NCBI GenBank assembly: GCA_963665125.2
Contig: CAXXUK010000001.1
Location: forward strand, 2,400,001 to 2,464,000
Reading direction: 5' to 3'
Source of the DNA: an uncultured Desulfarculus sp.
GTDB lineage: Bacteria; Desulfobacterota; Desulfarculia; Desulfarculales; Desulfarculaceae
DNA: 64,000 nt
Shown here: positions 37,052-47,243 of the stretch, in pieces
Position numbering within the stretch: the stretch's first letter is position 1
How the letters are laid out: the number at the start of each line of letters is the position of its first letter
The notes under the pieces: generated by a model
What the model was told of the DNA's origin: nothing
Seen by the model: the letters and a program-made list of their open reading frames with translations, nothing else
Databases searched by the model: none
Position numbers and translations under genes: made by a program

Positions 37052-37402
37052 CTAGGCGCTCTTGACCATCTCGGCGACCTTGGCAAAGGCTGCCGGGTCG
37101 TTGACCGCCAGGTCGGCCAGGATCTTGCGGTCCAGACCGATGTTGGCCTTGCCCAAGCCATGGATGAACTTGGAGTAGTTCAGGCCGAACTCGCGGATGG
37201 CGGCGTTGATGCGCACGATCCACAGCTTGCGGAATTCACGCTTGCGGACCTTGCGGTCGCGATAGGCGAAGACCAGGCCGCGGTGGACGGTTTCCTTGGC
37301 GTTGCGGTACAGTTTGCGGCGGCCGCCGAAGTTTCCCTTGGCCATCTTCATGTATTTGTTGCGGCGGCGGCGGGCCTTGAAGCCGCGTTTTGCTCTTGGC
37401 AT
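37052..37402 (-). CDS. rplT: 50S ribosomal protein L20
   Basis: [23 protein letters not shown]. Confidence 0.98.
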   Translation of the reverse strand: MPRAKRGFKARRRRNKYMKMAKGNFGGRRKLYRNAKETVHRGLVFAYRDRKVRKREFRKLWIVRINAAIREFGLNYSKFIHGLGKANIGLDRKILADLAVNDPAAFAKVAEMVKSA

Positions 37403-37426
37403 TTTCTAAATCTCCCTGGTCGGCGA

Positions 37427-37624
37427 TTACAGGTTGGGCATCATCTTGCGAACGCCGGCCACGTTGGTCTTGTCCACCAGACCGCTCTGGCGCATACCGC
37501 GCTTGCGCTTGGTGCTCTTCTTGGTCAGGATGTGGCTCTTATAGGCCTTGTTGCGCCGGATTTTTCCGCTGCCGGTGGCGCGGAACCGCTTGGCTGCGGC
37601 GCGGTTCGTTTTAATCTTAGGCAT
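37427..37624 (-). CDS. rpmI: 50S ribosomal protein L35
   Basis: [29 protein letters not shown]. Confidence 0.97.
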   Translation of the reverse strand: MPKIKTNRAAAKRFRATGSGKIRRNKAYKSHILTKKSTKRKRGMRQSGLVDKTNVAGVRKMMPNL

Positions 37625-37693
37625 AACTAGCTCCTCCTCCGGCATCGGCCGGGGGTGCAAATAAACTATAGTCTCCCGGGACGGAAGCGGTTG

Positions 37694-38206
37694 CTACTTG
37701 GGCACGAGAATCATGTGCATCAAACGGCCCATGCGGCTGGGCGGTGATTCAACGCTGGCCACGTCTTCCACCGTCTCGGCCACCTTTTCCATCAAGCGAA
37801 AACCTGAATCGGCATAGGCGATTTCACGGCCCCTGAACTGCACCGTGATCTTGACCCGGTTGCGGTCCTCCAAAAAGCGCCTGGCGTTGCGCATCTTGGT
37901 CTGAAAATCGTGCTCGTCGATTTTCGGACGCAGCTTAACTTCCTTAACCTGCGTCTGGGCCTGTTTTTTCTTGGCCTCCTGAGCCTTCTTGGCCTGCTCG
38001 TACTTGTACTTGCCGTAGTCCATGATACGGCATACTGGTGGGCTGGCGTTGGGCGCCACCTCCACCAAGTCAAGTGAAGCCTCGGCCGCATGCCTCAGGG
38101 CCTCGTCCATGCCGACAACTCCCAGCTGTTCGCCGTCGGCAGCTATCAGTCTCACTTGTGGGGCCCGGATTTTGTCATTGACCCTCACACGCTCCTTTTT
38201 GGCTAT
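37694..38206 (-). CDS. infC: Translation initiation factor IF-3, probable ATA start
   Basis: RVNDKI, PPVCRIMDYGKYKYE, RPKIDEHD; GGAGG SD before an ATA codon at 38206. Confidence 0.95.
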   Translation of the reverse strand: MAKKERVRVNDKIRAPQVRLIAADGEQLGVVGMDEALRHAAEASLDLVEVAPNASPPVCRIMDYGKYKYEQAKKAQEAKKKQAQTQVKEVKLRPKIDEHDFQTKMRNARRFLEDRNRVKITVQFRGREIAYADSGFRLMEKVAETVEDVASVESPPSRMGRLMHMILVPK

Positions 38207-38303
38207 GGCCTCTTCCTCCCGTGTAGAACTTCCCAATTTTCCGGCCGGCTGACCCTCACCCAATCCGGCCGCTTATCTCATTGCGGCGAAAACGCCGCGT
38301 TTA

Positions 38304-40190
38304 TTACTTTTCCTCGGGCTCGTCGTAGCCCGGAACGCTCTTCTGGGCCAGCATGACCAAAAGCTCGTCCAGGCCCATGGGCTCCATGTTCTTGCCGCTG
38401 CGTAGGCGCGGGGTGACCTTGCGGTCCTCGACTTCCTTGTCGCCCAGAACCAGCATGTAGGGCACCTTCATCAACTGGGCCTCGCGGACCTTGGCTCCCA
38501 GCTTCTCGTTGCGCAGGTCTTTTCCGGCCCTGACCCCGGCGTTCTTCAGCGCCGCATAAACTTCCTCGGCCCAGTCATCGGCCCGGTCGGTGACCGTAAG
38601 CACCCGGACCTGCTCCGGGGCCAGCCACAGCGGGAAACGGCCAGCGTAATGCTCGATCAACACGCCGATAAACCGCTCCAGCGAACCCAGAATGACCCTG
38701 TGGATCATGGCCGGGCGCTGGCGGCTGTCGTCCGGAGCGATGTAGGTCAGGTCGAAGCGCTCGGGCAGCGTAAAGTCGCACTGGATCGTGGCGCATTGCC
38801 AGCTGCGGCCCAGGGCGTCTTTGAGTTTGAAGTCTATCTTGGGCCCGTAAAACGCGCCGTCGCCCTCGTTGATGTCGTACTCACGGCCCGACTCGCTGAG
38901 GGCCCTGGTCAACGCGGCGGTGGCCCGCTCCCAGTCTTCGTCGCTGCCAATGGCTTTTTCCGGCCTGGTGGACAGTTCCATCTCGTACTCAAAGCCGAAA
39001 ACAGCCATGACCTCGCTGACAAAGCGCATCACGCCCAGGATCTCTTCCTCGAGCTGATCCGGGCGGCAGATGATGTGCGCGTCGTCCTGGGTAAAGGCCC
39101 GCACCCGCGTCAGACCGCCCACAACGCCGGATTTCTCGTGGCGGTGCACGGTGCCCAGCTCGAACATGCGAACTGGCAGTTCGCGGTACGAATGCATCTT
39201 TGACTTGTATATTAACATGTGGGCCAGACAATTCATCGGCTTAATGCCGTAGGCCACTTCGTCAACCTCGGTGAAATACATGTTTTCCCGGTAGTTGTCG
39301 TAGTGACCGGACGTCTCCCACAGTTCACGCTTCAAAAGCTGGGGGCCCTGAACGATCTCGTAGCCGCGCTTCAAGTGTTCGCGGCGCTCGAAATCCTCGA
39401 TGGCCAGGCGCAGCATCATGCCCCGGTTGTGCCACAAGACCATGCCCGGCCCCACTTCCTCGTGGAAACTGAACAGGTCCAGTTCGCGGCCCAGCTTGCG
39501 GTGGTCGCGCTTCTTGGCCTCCTCAAGCATGTTCAGATAATGCTTGAGGTCTTTCTTATCAAAAAACGCCGTGCCGTAGATGCGGCTGAGCATGGGGCGC
39601 TTTTCATCGCCGCGCCAGTAGGCCCCGGCCACGCTGAGCAGCTTGAATGCGCCCACCTTGCCGCTGGCCGGAATATGCGGACCCCGGCACAGATCGGTGA
39701 AGTTGCCCTGGGTGTAGGTGCTCACCGTGTCGTCTTGCAGGTCATCGAGGAGTTCGACCTTGAACAACTCGCCCTGGGCGTCGAATTTGGCCCGGATTTC
39801 GCTCTTGGGCGCGTCGCAACGCTCAAACGGCACATTGGCCCGGATGATCTGGGTCATCTTTTCCTCGATGGCCGGCAAATCATCGGCGGTAAAAGCCCGC
39901 TTGTATTCAAAGTCGTAGTAAAAGCCGTTTTCAATGGACGGGCCGATTGCCACTTTCACACCGGGGAACAGCTCGCGCACGGCTTCGGCCATGATGTGGG
40001 CGGTGGAATGGCGCAGCAAATCCAGGGCCTCGGAATCGCCGGGCAGCACGGGGCTGAGTTCGGCGTTTGACGGCACCGTGGCCGAGAGATCAATCAGGCG
40101 GCCGTCATACCGGGCGGCCAGGGCCTTTTTAGCGGCCTTGGCGTCGACGGCGGCCAGAATATCAACGGCTTTTTTGCTTTGCGCTTCCAC
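38304..40190 (-). CDS. thrS: Threonyl-tRNA synthetase
   Basis: RHSTAH, DLCRGPH, RDHRKLG, KPMNC, GAFYGPK. Confidence 0.97.
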   Translation of the reverse strand: MEAQSKKAVDILAAVDAKAAKKALAARYDGRLIDLSATVPSNAELSPVLPGDSEALDLLRHSTAHIMAEAVRELFPGVKVAIGPSIENGFYYDFEYKRAFTADDLPAIEEKMTQIIRANVPFERCDAPKSEIRAKFDAQGELFKVELLDDLQDDTVSTYTQGNFTDLCRGPHIPASGKVGAFKLLSVAGAYWRGDEKRPMLSRIYGTAFFDKKDLKHYLNMLEEAKKRDHRKLGRELDLFSFHEEVGPGMVLWHNRGMMLRLAIEDFERREHLKRGYEIVQGPQLLKRELWETSGHYDNYRENMYFTEVDEVAYGIKPMNCLAHMLIYKSKMHSYRELPVRMFELGTVHRHEKSGVVGGLTRVRAFTQDDAHIICRPDQLEEEILGVMRFVSEVMAVFGFEYEMELSTRPEKAIGSDEDWERATAALTRALSESGREYDINEGDGAFYGPKIDFKLKDALGRSWQCATIQCDFTLPERFDLTYIAPDDSRQRPAMIHRVILGSLERFIGVLIEHYAGRFPLWLAPEQVRVLTVTDRADDWAEEVYAALKNAGVRAGKDLRNEKLGAKVREAQLMKVPYMLVLGDKEVEDRKVTPRLRSGKNMEPMGLDELLVMLAQKSVPGYDEPEEK

Positions 40191-40315
40191 TTACCTTCCA
40201 AGCCTTTAAAAAACACAACTAGCCCGAGGTTAGCGCGTAACCGGGCTCAGCGGCCAACCTGGGGTGGCTTCCGTTTTAATATACCACCTTTTCGGCGGCC
40301 TACGAGCTTCACTGC

Positions 40316-40353
40316 AATAAGGCCGCCCACCCCGATCCGGGGACCGAGCGGCC
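40316..40353 (-). terminator. Hairpin downstream of tRNA-Val
   Basis: GGCCGCTC..CCCCG-GAT-CGGGG.GGGCGGCC followed by TTATT. Confidence 0.55.
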
Positions 40354-40379
40354 ATACCGGTGATGTACGTTTGATTGTT

Positions 40380-40454
40380 TGGTTGGCTCGCTGGGATTTG
40401 AACCCAGGACCCCTACCGTGTCAGGGTAGTGCTCTCCCCCTGAGCTACGAGCCA
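40380..40454 (-). tRNA. tRNA-Val(GAC)
   Basis: Cloverleaf: TGGCTCG/CGAGCCA acceptor stem, GCTC/GAGC D-stem, CTACC-CTGACAC-GGTAG anticodon arm, TTCAAAT T-loop, encoded CCA. Confidence 0.96.
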
Positions 40455-40466
40455 AAAACGAAACAA

Positions 40467-40495
40467 TTTCTACCAGCAGGCCGCCCCCGTGTCAA
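40467..40495 (-). promoter_or_regulatory. sigma70 promoter of tRNA-Val
   Basis: TTGACA-17 nt-TAGAAA. Confidence 0.5.
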
Positions 40496-40538
40496 GGCCG
40501 CATTGGCCCGCATGATGCCGAATAAAGAGTTTTATTTC

Positions 40539-41684
40539 CTAGCGCCTTGGCAAAAGCACCAGCTTCATTCGGCCGGGCTCCACCTCCACCACGTTGACCA
40601 GGAAATCGCCGAAGTTCTGCACCAGCAGTTCATCGGCCAAACGTGACGGACTGACGCTTATTTTCAGGGCGTAACCGGCCTTGCCGCCGCCGACCTTGTT
40701 GCGCACGATGCTCTGGACCATGCCCGTCAGCGAACCGACGACCTCCTCGAATTTGATCAACTGGGCCAGGGACCGCACGCCGGTCACCTCCAGGGCCAAC
40801 TGGTCGTTTTCCGCCACCTTGATGGGCCGCGAGGCTGCCACCTGGGCCACCAGGTTGCGCACGGCCTCTTCCAGGGCCGCCTGGACCTGCTGGGCCCCCT
40901 CCAAGCCCGGCGGCTCGTTGAATACGGGGCCCTGGGCCTGGACCTGGGCCAAGGCCCTGCCCGTGCCCACCTCATAGGCCGTAAGCTCCACCAGCATCGG
41001 CGTCATGGCGTCCTTTTCGCTGACCAGGGGATAATCCCGCAGACGGCCCACTACCACTATGTCCGAACCGGCCAGGCGAGCCAGCTCCAGGGCCTGATCA
41101 GAGGTCAGGCTTTGCTGCATCAACGCCGGCGGCAGATTCTGGCGCAGGGGGCCGGGCTCGGTGATCTTCACGCCCATGGAGCCCAACACCTTGGCCATGG
41201 CTCCCGGCGCACCATCTGGTTGGCCGAATCCGGACCACCAGTACACTGGCGGCCGCCCCGGCGAGGAGTCCTCGGCCACCAGAACCATGAACGCCCCGAC
41301 ATGGCCCACCGGCACCCTCAGGCCGCTGAGGGCCAGGGCCTTTTCCAGGGCCGCCTTGTCAATGCTGGCCGAAACCAGCACCAGGACCCGCTTGTCGCTG
41401 GCGGTCACGGCCTCTATGGTGTAGCTACCCACGAACTGGTCGGCCTTGGCGATGATTTTTTCATCCAGGGCGTCCAGGGCCGAACGCAGGGTGGCCGGGT
41501 CCAGCAACTTGACGGCTTCCAGGGCCACGGCCCGGCGCAGGGCGTCGGACACGGCCTCCTGGCGGGCCTTGTTTTCATTATCGCCCAGGGCCGCCCGGCC
41601 CAGGCAACTGACCGTCTCGGCGGCGTACACCGCCGTAGGCAGGAGGATCGCCAAAGCCAACAAAATCACCAGGGCCCGTTTCAT
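40539..41684 (-). CDS. Exported hypothetical protein with FlgT-N-like region
   Basis: Signal peptide; ARQEAVSDALRRAV motif; GGAG SD before ATG 41684. Confidence 0.7.
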   Translation of the reverse strand: MKRALVILLALAILLPTAVYAAETVSCLGRAALGDNENKARQEAVSDALRRAVALEAVKLLDPATLRSALDALDEKIIAKADQFVGSYTIEAVTASDKRVLVLVSASIDKAALEKALALSGLRVPVGHVGAFMVLVAEDSSPGRPPVYWWSGFGQPDGAPGAMAKVLGSMGVKITEPGPLRQNLPPALMQQSLTSDQALELARLAGSDIVVVGRLRDYPLVSEKDAMTPMLVELTAYEVGTGRALAQVQAQGPVFNEPPGLEGAQQVQAALEEAVRNLVAQVAASRPIKVAENDQLALEVTGVRSLAQLIKFEEVVGSLTGMVQSIVRNKVGGGKAGYALKISVSPSRLADELLVQNFGDFLVNVVEVEPGRMKLVLLPRR

Positions 41685-41735
41685 CACCATTCTCCATAAC
41701 GGCCGCATCAGCCAGCCGGTGTCGTGCGCCACATG

Positions 41736-42659
41736 TCAATCAGTGAATAGCACGGCCGCCCGGGCGGCTATGCCTTCGATATCATCCGGTGCATGCCAGT
41801 TTATACCGTCCATGCCCCGAAACCAAGTAAGCTGACGCTTGGCATAGGCCTTTGTTTGCCGAATTGTCTCGTCAACGGCCTCATCCCGGCCCATTTGGCC
41901 CAACAAAAAGGCCACGGCCTGGCGGTAGCCCAGGGTGTTCAGGCCGGGGGCGTCCGGAGGCGTCCCGGCGTCCAGCAGAGCCTTGGTTTCTTCCACCAGG
42001 CCGCCGTCCCACATCAGGCGGCTGCGCAGCCCGATGCGGTTATATAATTGTTCCCGGGGCCTGTCCAGGCCCACCAGGGCGTGTTCGTAGCGCAGTTGGC
42101 TGAAGCCGTGGTCGGCCTGCCAGGCGCTCATGGGCCGGCCCGTGGCCAGGCAGACCTCCATGGCCCTGAGCACCCGCTGACGGTCATTTGGGTGCAGGCG
42201 CCCTGCCGCGTCCGGGTCCAGTTCGGCCAGGCGCTTGTGCATGACGATGTTGCCTTGGGCATCCCAATCTTCCCGCAGCCGGGCCCGGATTTTTTTGTCG
42301 GCCGGAGGGGCCGGAGCCAGGCCGTGCAGCAGGGCCCGCACATAGAGCCCCGTGCCCCCGGCCACCAGCACCCGCTTGCCCCTGGCGTTGATGTCGGCTA
42401 TGGCCGCGTCGGCCATCTCGGCGAACCGGGCCGCGCTGAATTGTTCCGCCGGGTCGGCCACGTCGATCATGTGGTGCCGGGCCGCCGCCTGTTCTTCGGG
42501 CGTGGGCTTGGCCGAGCCGATATCCAGGCCGCGATAGATCTGCACGCTGTCGGCGCCGACGATCTCGGCGTCAAAGCGCCGGGCCAACTCGATGGCCAGA
42601 CCGGTCTTGCCCACGGCCGTGGGGCCCACGATGATCAGCAGCGGCGGACGTCCGGCCAT
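41736..42659 (-). CDS. miaA: tRNA dimethylallyltransferase
   Basis: GPTAVGKT, DSVQIYRGLDIGSAKP, GGTGLY, YAKRQLTW. Confidence 0.96.
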   Translation of the reverse strand: MAGRPPLLIIVGPTAVGKTGLAIELARRFDAEIVGADSVQIYRGLDIGSAKPTPEEQAAARHHMIDVADPAEQFSAARFAEMADAAIADINARGKRVLVAGGTGLYVRALLHGLAPAPPADKKIRARLREDWDAQGNIVMHKRLAELDPDAAGRLHPNDRQRVLRAMEVCLATGRPMSAWQADHGFSQLRYEHALVGLDRPREQLYNRIGLRSRLMWDGGLVEETKALLDAGTPPDAPGLNTLGYRQAVAFLLGQMGRDEAVDETIRQTKAYAKRQLTWFRGMDGINWHAPDDIEGIAARAAVLFTD

Positions 42660-42661
42660 GC

Positions 42662-44494
42662 TCACGCCTCCGAACCCCGTTTGAAGGCCTTGGCCAGGTC
42701 CCGGCGGCTGATGCTCAGAAAAACCGGCCTGCCGTGGGGGCAGGTCACCGGCGGCGGCAGTTCCGCGGCCAGGCGCACCAGTTCCTCCAGTTCGGCCATG
42801 CTCAGGCGCTGGCCCTGGCGGATGGAGCCGTGGCACGACAAGCTGACCAAAGCCGCCTCGATGAATTCGGGTCGGTCCACGGGCAGGCCCGAGGAGGCCA
42901 TCCGGCTTAGCAGATCCCGGACCAGGGTGGCCGGATCAGCGCCGGAGGCCGAGGCTGGCAGGGCCGAAACGGCCCAGGTGTTTCCGCCGAAGTGGCTCAT
43001 CTCCAGGCCCACCCGGGACCAGGCCGGGGCCTGTTTTTCGGCCCACATGGCCTCCTGAGGGCTCAACTCAAAAGTTAACGGGGCCAACAGGCCCTGGCTG
43101 GGCGCAGTTCCGGCCTCGAATTGGGCCTTGAGCCGCTCAAAGGTAATGCGCTCATGGGCGGCGTGCTGGTCCATGATCACCAGGCCGTCCGGGGCCGAGC
43201 AAAGCACGTACAGGCCGTGAAGCTGGCCGATGACGGCCAAGCCATCCGCAGCGCCGAACATGGGCCGGGCCAAGGACATGGCTGGGGCGTCAACCGGCTG
43301 AGCCGGGGCCGCCACGGGCCGGAGCGGCTCGGGCGCCAGATTGGCGGCCGCATCGCGCCACGAGGGCATGCGCGGCTCGCTGACCGCTCCGCCGGGAATA
43401 TGATGCTGGACGGACGGAGCCTGAGGCATTGGCGGGGGCTGCAAGCCCTGGGGCTCGGCCACTGGTTCGGGCTGGATTGCATCCGCCCGTCGCCCGGTGA
43501 GACCACGGCGCAGGGCCATGACCACGGCGTCGTGGACCTCGCCCACCCGGCGGAAGCGCACCTCGACCTTGGCCGGATGCACGTTGACATCCACCTGGCC
43601 GGGATCGATCTGCACATTGAGCACCACCACCGGGCGGCGGTCCCTGGGCATCAGGCCGTGATAGGCCTGGTTCACCGCGTGCAAAAGGGTGCGGTCCCGG
43701 ACAAACCTGCCGTTAACGAACGTGAAAACCTGATCCGCAGAGCTGCGGCTGATGGACGGCAGGCCCAACAACCCGCTGAGCCGCAAAGGACCGGCATCGA
43801 CATCCAGCGGCAGCATGGCCCTGGCCGTGTCCCGGCCCAGCAGGGCTGCCACCCTGGCCATGGGCTCGGCCACGGTGGGCAGGTCATAGAGCAGCTTGCC
43901 GCCGCTGGTGTAACGGAAGGCCACCTGGGGCCAGCCCAGGGCCAGACGCACCAGGGAGGTAGCCAAATGGCCGTTTTCCGTGGCCTGGCTCTTGAGAAAC
44001 TTGCGGCGGGCCGGGATGTTGTAGAAAAGATCGCGCATCTCCACGGTGGTGCCAACCCGACAGCCCACCTCGGCCGTTTCGCGCATCACCCCGCCCTCCA
44101 TGCGCACCTTGTAGCCTGTCTCGTCCTCGGCCCTGCGGGTGGTGATGGTCAGACGGCTGACGCTGGCGATGGACGGCAGGGCCTCGCCGCGAAAGCCCAG
44201 GGTGCCTACGTGCTCCAGGTCTTCAGCCTGGGCCACCTTGCTGGTGGCATGGCGTTCCAGGGCCATCAAGGCGTCGTCCTGGGACATGCCCCGGCCGTCA
44301 TCAACCACGCGGATCAGCCCCCGGCCGCCGCCGTCCACCTCCACCAGCACCCTGGAGGCCCCGGCGTCGATGGCGTTTTCCACCAGTTCCTTGAGCACCG
44401 AGGCCGGACGCTCCACGACCTCGCCCGCGGCGATCTGGTTGGCCACGTTGTCCGGCAGCAGCCGAACGGGGCGGTATGTGCCTTGCTGGTTCAT
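42662..44494 (-). CDS. mutL: DNA mismatch repair protein MutL
   Basis: NQIAAGEVVERP, GFRGEAL, DVNVHPAK, DQHAAHER, CPHGRP. Confidence 0.97.
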   Translation of the reverse strand: MNQQGTYRPVRLLPDNVANQIAAGEVVERPASVLKELVENAIDAGASRVLVEVDGGGRGLIRVVDDGRGMSQDDALMALERHATSKVAQAEDLEHVGTLGFRGEALPSIASVSRLTITTRRAEDETGYKVRMEGGVMRETAEVGCRVGTTVEMRDLFYNIPARRKFLKSQATENGHLATSLVRLALGWPQVAFRYTSGGKLLYDLPTVAEPMARVAALLGRDTARAMLPLDVDAGPLRLSGLLGLPSISRSSADQVFTFVNGRFVRDRTLLHAVNQAYHGLMPRDRRPVVVLNVQIDPGQVDVNVHPAKVEVRFRRVGEVHDAVVMALRRGLTGRRADAIQPEPVAEPQGLQPPPMPQAPSVQHHIPGGAVSEPRMPSWRDAAANLAPEPLRPVAAPAQPVDAPAMSLARPMFGAADGLAVIGQLHGLYVLCSAPDGLVIMDQHAAHERITFERLKAQFEAGTAPSQGLLAPLTFELSPQEAMWAEKQAPAWSRVGLEMSHFGGNTWAVSALPASASGADPATLVRDLLSRMASSGLPVDRPEFIEAALVSLSCHGSIRQGQRLSMAELEELVRLAAELPPPVTCPHGRPVFLSISRRDLAKAFKRGSEA

Positions 44495-44708
44495 GCCCCA
44501 ACATATAGCACATATTTCCGGCGGCATGCCACTATATAGCGTTATTGCGCTTGGTGGCCGCGTTTGATAAAGTGAGCTGGCCGAGGATGGGCTAAAGGTT
44601 TATCTTCGGGCCGGGCCCCCGCCGTCTTTCTTGGGGAAATCAGCGGGAAAGCGCCTCTTTCCCGCGCGGCGGGCGCGCCCCGGCAGCCACCAATCTTTGG
44701 AGCAAACC

Positions 44709-44888
44709 ATGAGCGAAAAGCAGCCAGCGCCGGACAAACTCTCGCCCCGGCAGGAGTCTTACCTCAAAACCAGCAAGGAAATCGCCGTCAAGTTCATCGA
44801 GACCGGCAGGCTCAACCTGGCCAGCTTCAGCGAGGTTTTCGAGCAGATTTATTCCGGCGTGAAAACCGCCGTGGAAAACAACGACTAG
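44709..44888 (+). CDS. Small hypothetical protein (59 aa)
   Basis: GGAG SD, host-like codon use, amphipathic core KEIAVKFIETGR. Confidence 0.75.
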   Translation: MSEKQPAPDKLSPRQESYLKTSKEIAVKFIETGRLNLASFSEVFEQIYSGVKTAVENND

Positions 44889-45721
44889 CCGTAATAGACC
44901 CTGGCCAGATAAAGGCCGCCCGGCGGGGCCTTTGGTCCGGGGTACAGCCGCTGGCCGGCTTCGAGCATCTCCGCAATTGCCCGGGGCGGCAGGCGATCCC
45001 TTCCCACCTGACTGAGCGTACCCACGATATTGCGCACCACATGCCGGAGAAAACCGCTGCCCGACAGCCGCACCACCAGCATGCCGTCTCCGGCGGGCTC
45101 GATGAGCGCATCGCTGACCCGACGGACAGTGGAGCCGTCCAGATCGTTGGAATGGGCGGCAAAGGCGGCCAGGTCCACATCGCCCACCAGATGGGCCAGG
45201 GCCCGCCGCATGGCCTCGACGTTCAAGGCATGGCCCAGGGGCCAGCAATGACCGTCCAGGAACATGCCCGGATCGGCCTGAGGCCAAAGATAATACTCAT
45301 AGGTCTTGCCGGTAACGCTATAGCGGGCGTGGAAATCAGGAGCCACAGAGCCCAGGGCCCTGATTCGCACGTCGGGCGGCATCATTGAATTGAGGGCCTG
45401 GATCATCCGGGGCGGGTCCAGGCGGCCGTACGCCTCGAAAGAGGCCACCTGGCCCAGGGCGTGGACGCCGGTGTCGGTGCGGCCAGCTGCCACGATGCGA
45501 ACGGGCCGATCCATTAGTTGCGAAAGCTTGCGCTCCACGACGCCTTGGACCGTGCGTCCCTTGTTCTGCACCTGCCAGCCCAGAAAACCGGCGCCCCGGT
45601 AGGCCAGGACCATGGCCATGGGCCGGGGCTCTTCCGGATCGACATCGGCCGTCGGCTCCACAAACGGCACGTCGTGGGGCGGGAAATCCCCCCGGAGCCG
45701 CTGCCACAGCAGGCAATCCAT
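44885..45721 (-). CDS. truA: tRNA pseudouridine(38-40) synthase
   Basis: GWQVQ, AGRTDTGVHA, FHARY, GFLRHVVR, APPGGLYL; exact start uncertain. Confidence 0.93.
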   Translation of the reverse strand: MDCLLWQRLRGDFPPHDVPFVEPTADVDPEEPRPMAMVLAYRGAGFLGWQVQNKGRTVQGVVERKLSQLMDRPVRIVAAGRTDTGVHALGQVASFEAYGRLDPPRMIQALNSMMPPDVRIRALGSVAPDFHARYSVTGKTYEYYLWPQADPGMFLDGHCWPLGHALNVEAMRRALAHLVGDVDLAAFAAHSNDLDGSTVRRVSDALIEPAGDGMLVVRLSGSGFLRHVVRNIVGTLSQVGRDRLPPRAIAEMLEAGQRLYPGPKAPPGGLYLARVYYG

Positions 45722-45722
45722 G

Positions 45723-46760
45723 CTATGGCGTCTGGGCCAGGCCCGTCAGCCCGGCGGTTTCACCCAGGCCAAGCATCAGGTTGGCGTTTTGGATGGCCTG
45801 GCCGCTGGCGCCCTTGGTCAGATTGTCCAGGGCCGAAAAGACCTTTATCAGGCCGCTGCGGGGATCGGTGGCCACGCCGATGTCGACGATGTTGGTCCCC
45901 CGCACATGTTTGGTGTTCGGCATTTCGCCCTTGGGCAATACCCGCACAAAAGGTTCGTCGCCAAAGGTTTCGTTCCAGTAGGCCAGTATATGTTCGGCCG
46001 TGGCGTCGCCGATGGGCCGGGCATAGATGGTCGACAAGATGCCCCGGTCCATGGGCAGCAAATGCGGGGTGAAGGTCAGCCTGAGAGGCTCTCCGGCGGC
46101 CAGGGACAGCTCCTGCTCCATCTCCGGGGTGTGCCGGTGGCCCTCAACCGCGTACGCCTTGAAGCTTTCGTGCACCTCGCCGTGGATCAGATTCAGCTTG
46201 GCGCTGCGCCCCGCCCCGGAAACGCCCGAGGCGCTGTCGGCGATCAGACTCTGGGGGCTGACCAGCTCCGCCTCCAACAGCGGTATCATGGGCATCAGCA
46301 CGCTGGTGACATAGCAGCCGGGATTGGCCACCAGGTCGGCTCCGGGTATCTGGTCGCGGTAGAATTCGGGCAAGCCATACACCGCCTTGGCCAGCAGCTC
46401 CGGGCAGGTGTGGGGAGCGTACCACTGCTCATACACGGCCTGGTCCCTCAGTCGGAAATCCGCGCTGAGGTCGACGACCTTGACCCCGGCGGCCAACAGT
46501 TCCGGCGCCGAGGCCATGGCCGCCTTGTGCGGCACGGCCAGGAAAACCAGATCCACGTCCTTGGTCAGCAGGTCGACGTCCGGCTCGCAAAAGGCAAGAT
46601 CGCCACAGCCCCGCAACGCCCCGAAGACCGAGGCCACGCTCTGGCCCAAATGCTGCCGTGAACTTACAGCCGTCAGATTTAGCCGGGGATGCCCGGCGAT
46701 CAGGCGCATCAATTCCACGCCGGTATAGCCGCTTCCACCCATAATCGACACGTTGTGCAT
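45723..46760 (-). CDS. argC: N-acetyl-gamma-glutamyl-phosphate reductase
   Basis: GGSGYTG, DLSADFR, NPGCY, SGAGR, DNLTKGASGQA. Confidence 0.96.
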   Translation of the reverse strand: MHNVSIMGGSGYTGVELMRLIAGHPRLNLTAVSSRQHLGQSVASVFGALRGCGDLAFCEPDVDLLTKDVDLVFLAVPHKAAMASAPELLAAGVKVVDLSADFRLRDQAVYEQWYAPHTCPELLAKAVYGLPEFYRDQIPGADLVANPGCYVTSVLMPMIPLLEAELVSPQSLIADSASGVSGAGRSAKLNLIHGEVHESFKAYAVEGHRHTPEMEQELSLAAGEPLRLTFTPHLLPMDRGILSTIYARPIGDATAEHILAYWNETFGDEPFVRVLPKGEMPNTKHVRGTNIVDIGVATDPRSGLIKVFSALDNLTKGASGQAIQNANLMLGLGETAGLTGLAQTP

Positions 46761-46774
46761 AACCGCCACTCCAT

Positions 46775-46807
46775 AAAAAAAGGGCAGGCCCTTTGCTGGG
46801 CCCGCCC
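46775..46807 (-). terminator. Intrinsic terminator after rpsI
   Basis: GGGCGGGCCC / GGGCCTGCCC stem followed by T7. Confidence 0.85.
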
Positions 46808-46829
46808 GATGCATCGTAGATTCCGGAGC

Positions 46830-47228
46830 TTAGCGCTTGGAGAACTGGAACGAAGCGCGGGCGCCCTTTTGGCCGTACTTTTTGCGCTCCTTCTTACGGG
46901 AGTCGCGGGTCAGGAACCCGGCTTTCTTCAGGGATTGGCGAAGCTCGGGGTTGAACTCCAGCAGGGCCCGGGCAATGCCGTGGCGCAGGGCGCCGGCCTG
47001 TCCGCTGGTGCCGCCGCCGCAAACGGTAGCCATAATATCGAACTGCTCAGCCGTCTCGGTGAGGACCAGGGGCTGCTTCAGAAGCATGACATCGGTGTCG
47101 CGGCAGAAAAATTCACCAACTTCACGGGTGTTGACGGTGATCTTGCCGGTGCCGCCGGGAATCAGCCAACAACGGGCCACGGAGCATTTCCTCTTGCCGG
47201 TTGCATAGTAGCGGGATTCAGACATCAT
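46830..47228 (-). CDS. rpsI: 30S ribosomal protein S9
   Basis: [22 protein letters not shown]...QFSKR. Confidence 0.98.
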   Translation of the reverse strand: MMSESRYYATGKRKCSVARCWLIPGGTGKITVNTREVGEFFCRDTDVMLLKQPLVLTETAEQFDIMATVCGGGTSGQAGALRHGIARALLEFNPELRQSLKKAGFLTRDSRKKERKKYGQKGARASFQFSKR

Positions 47229-47243
47229 TAATTCTCCAAAGGC

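Noticed and set aside
40191..40379. tRNA-Val as an integration site, or the thrS leader as a T-box or anticodon mimic
   Set aside because: No duplicated tRNA end or integrase is present; the leader is too short for a T-box and its main hairpin loop (CGCGC) lacks a Thr anticodon.
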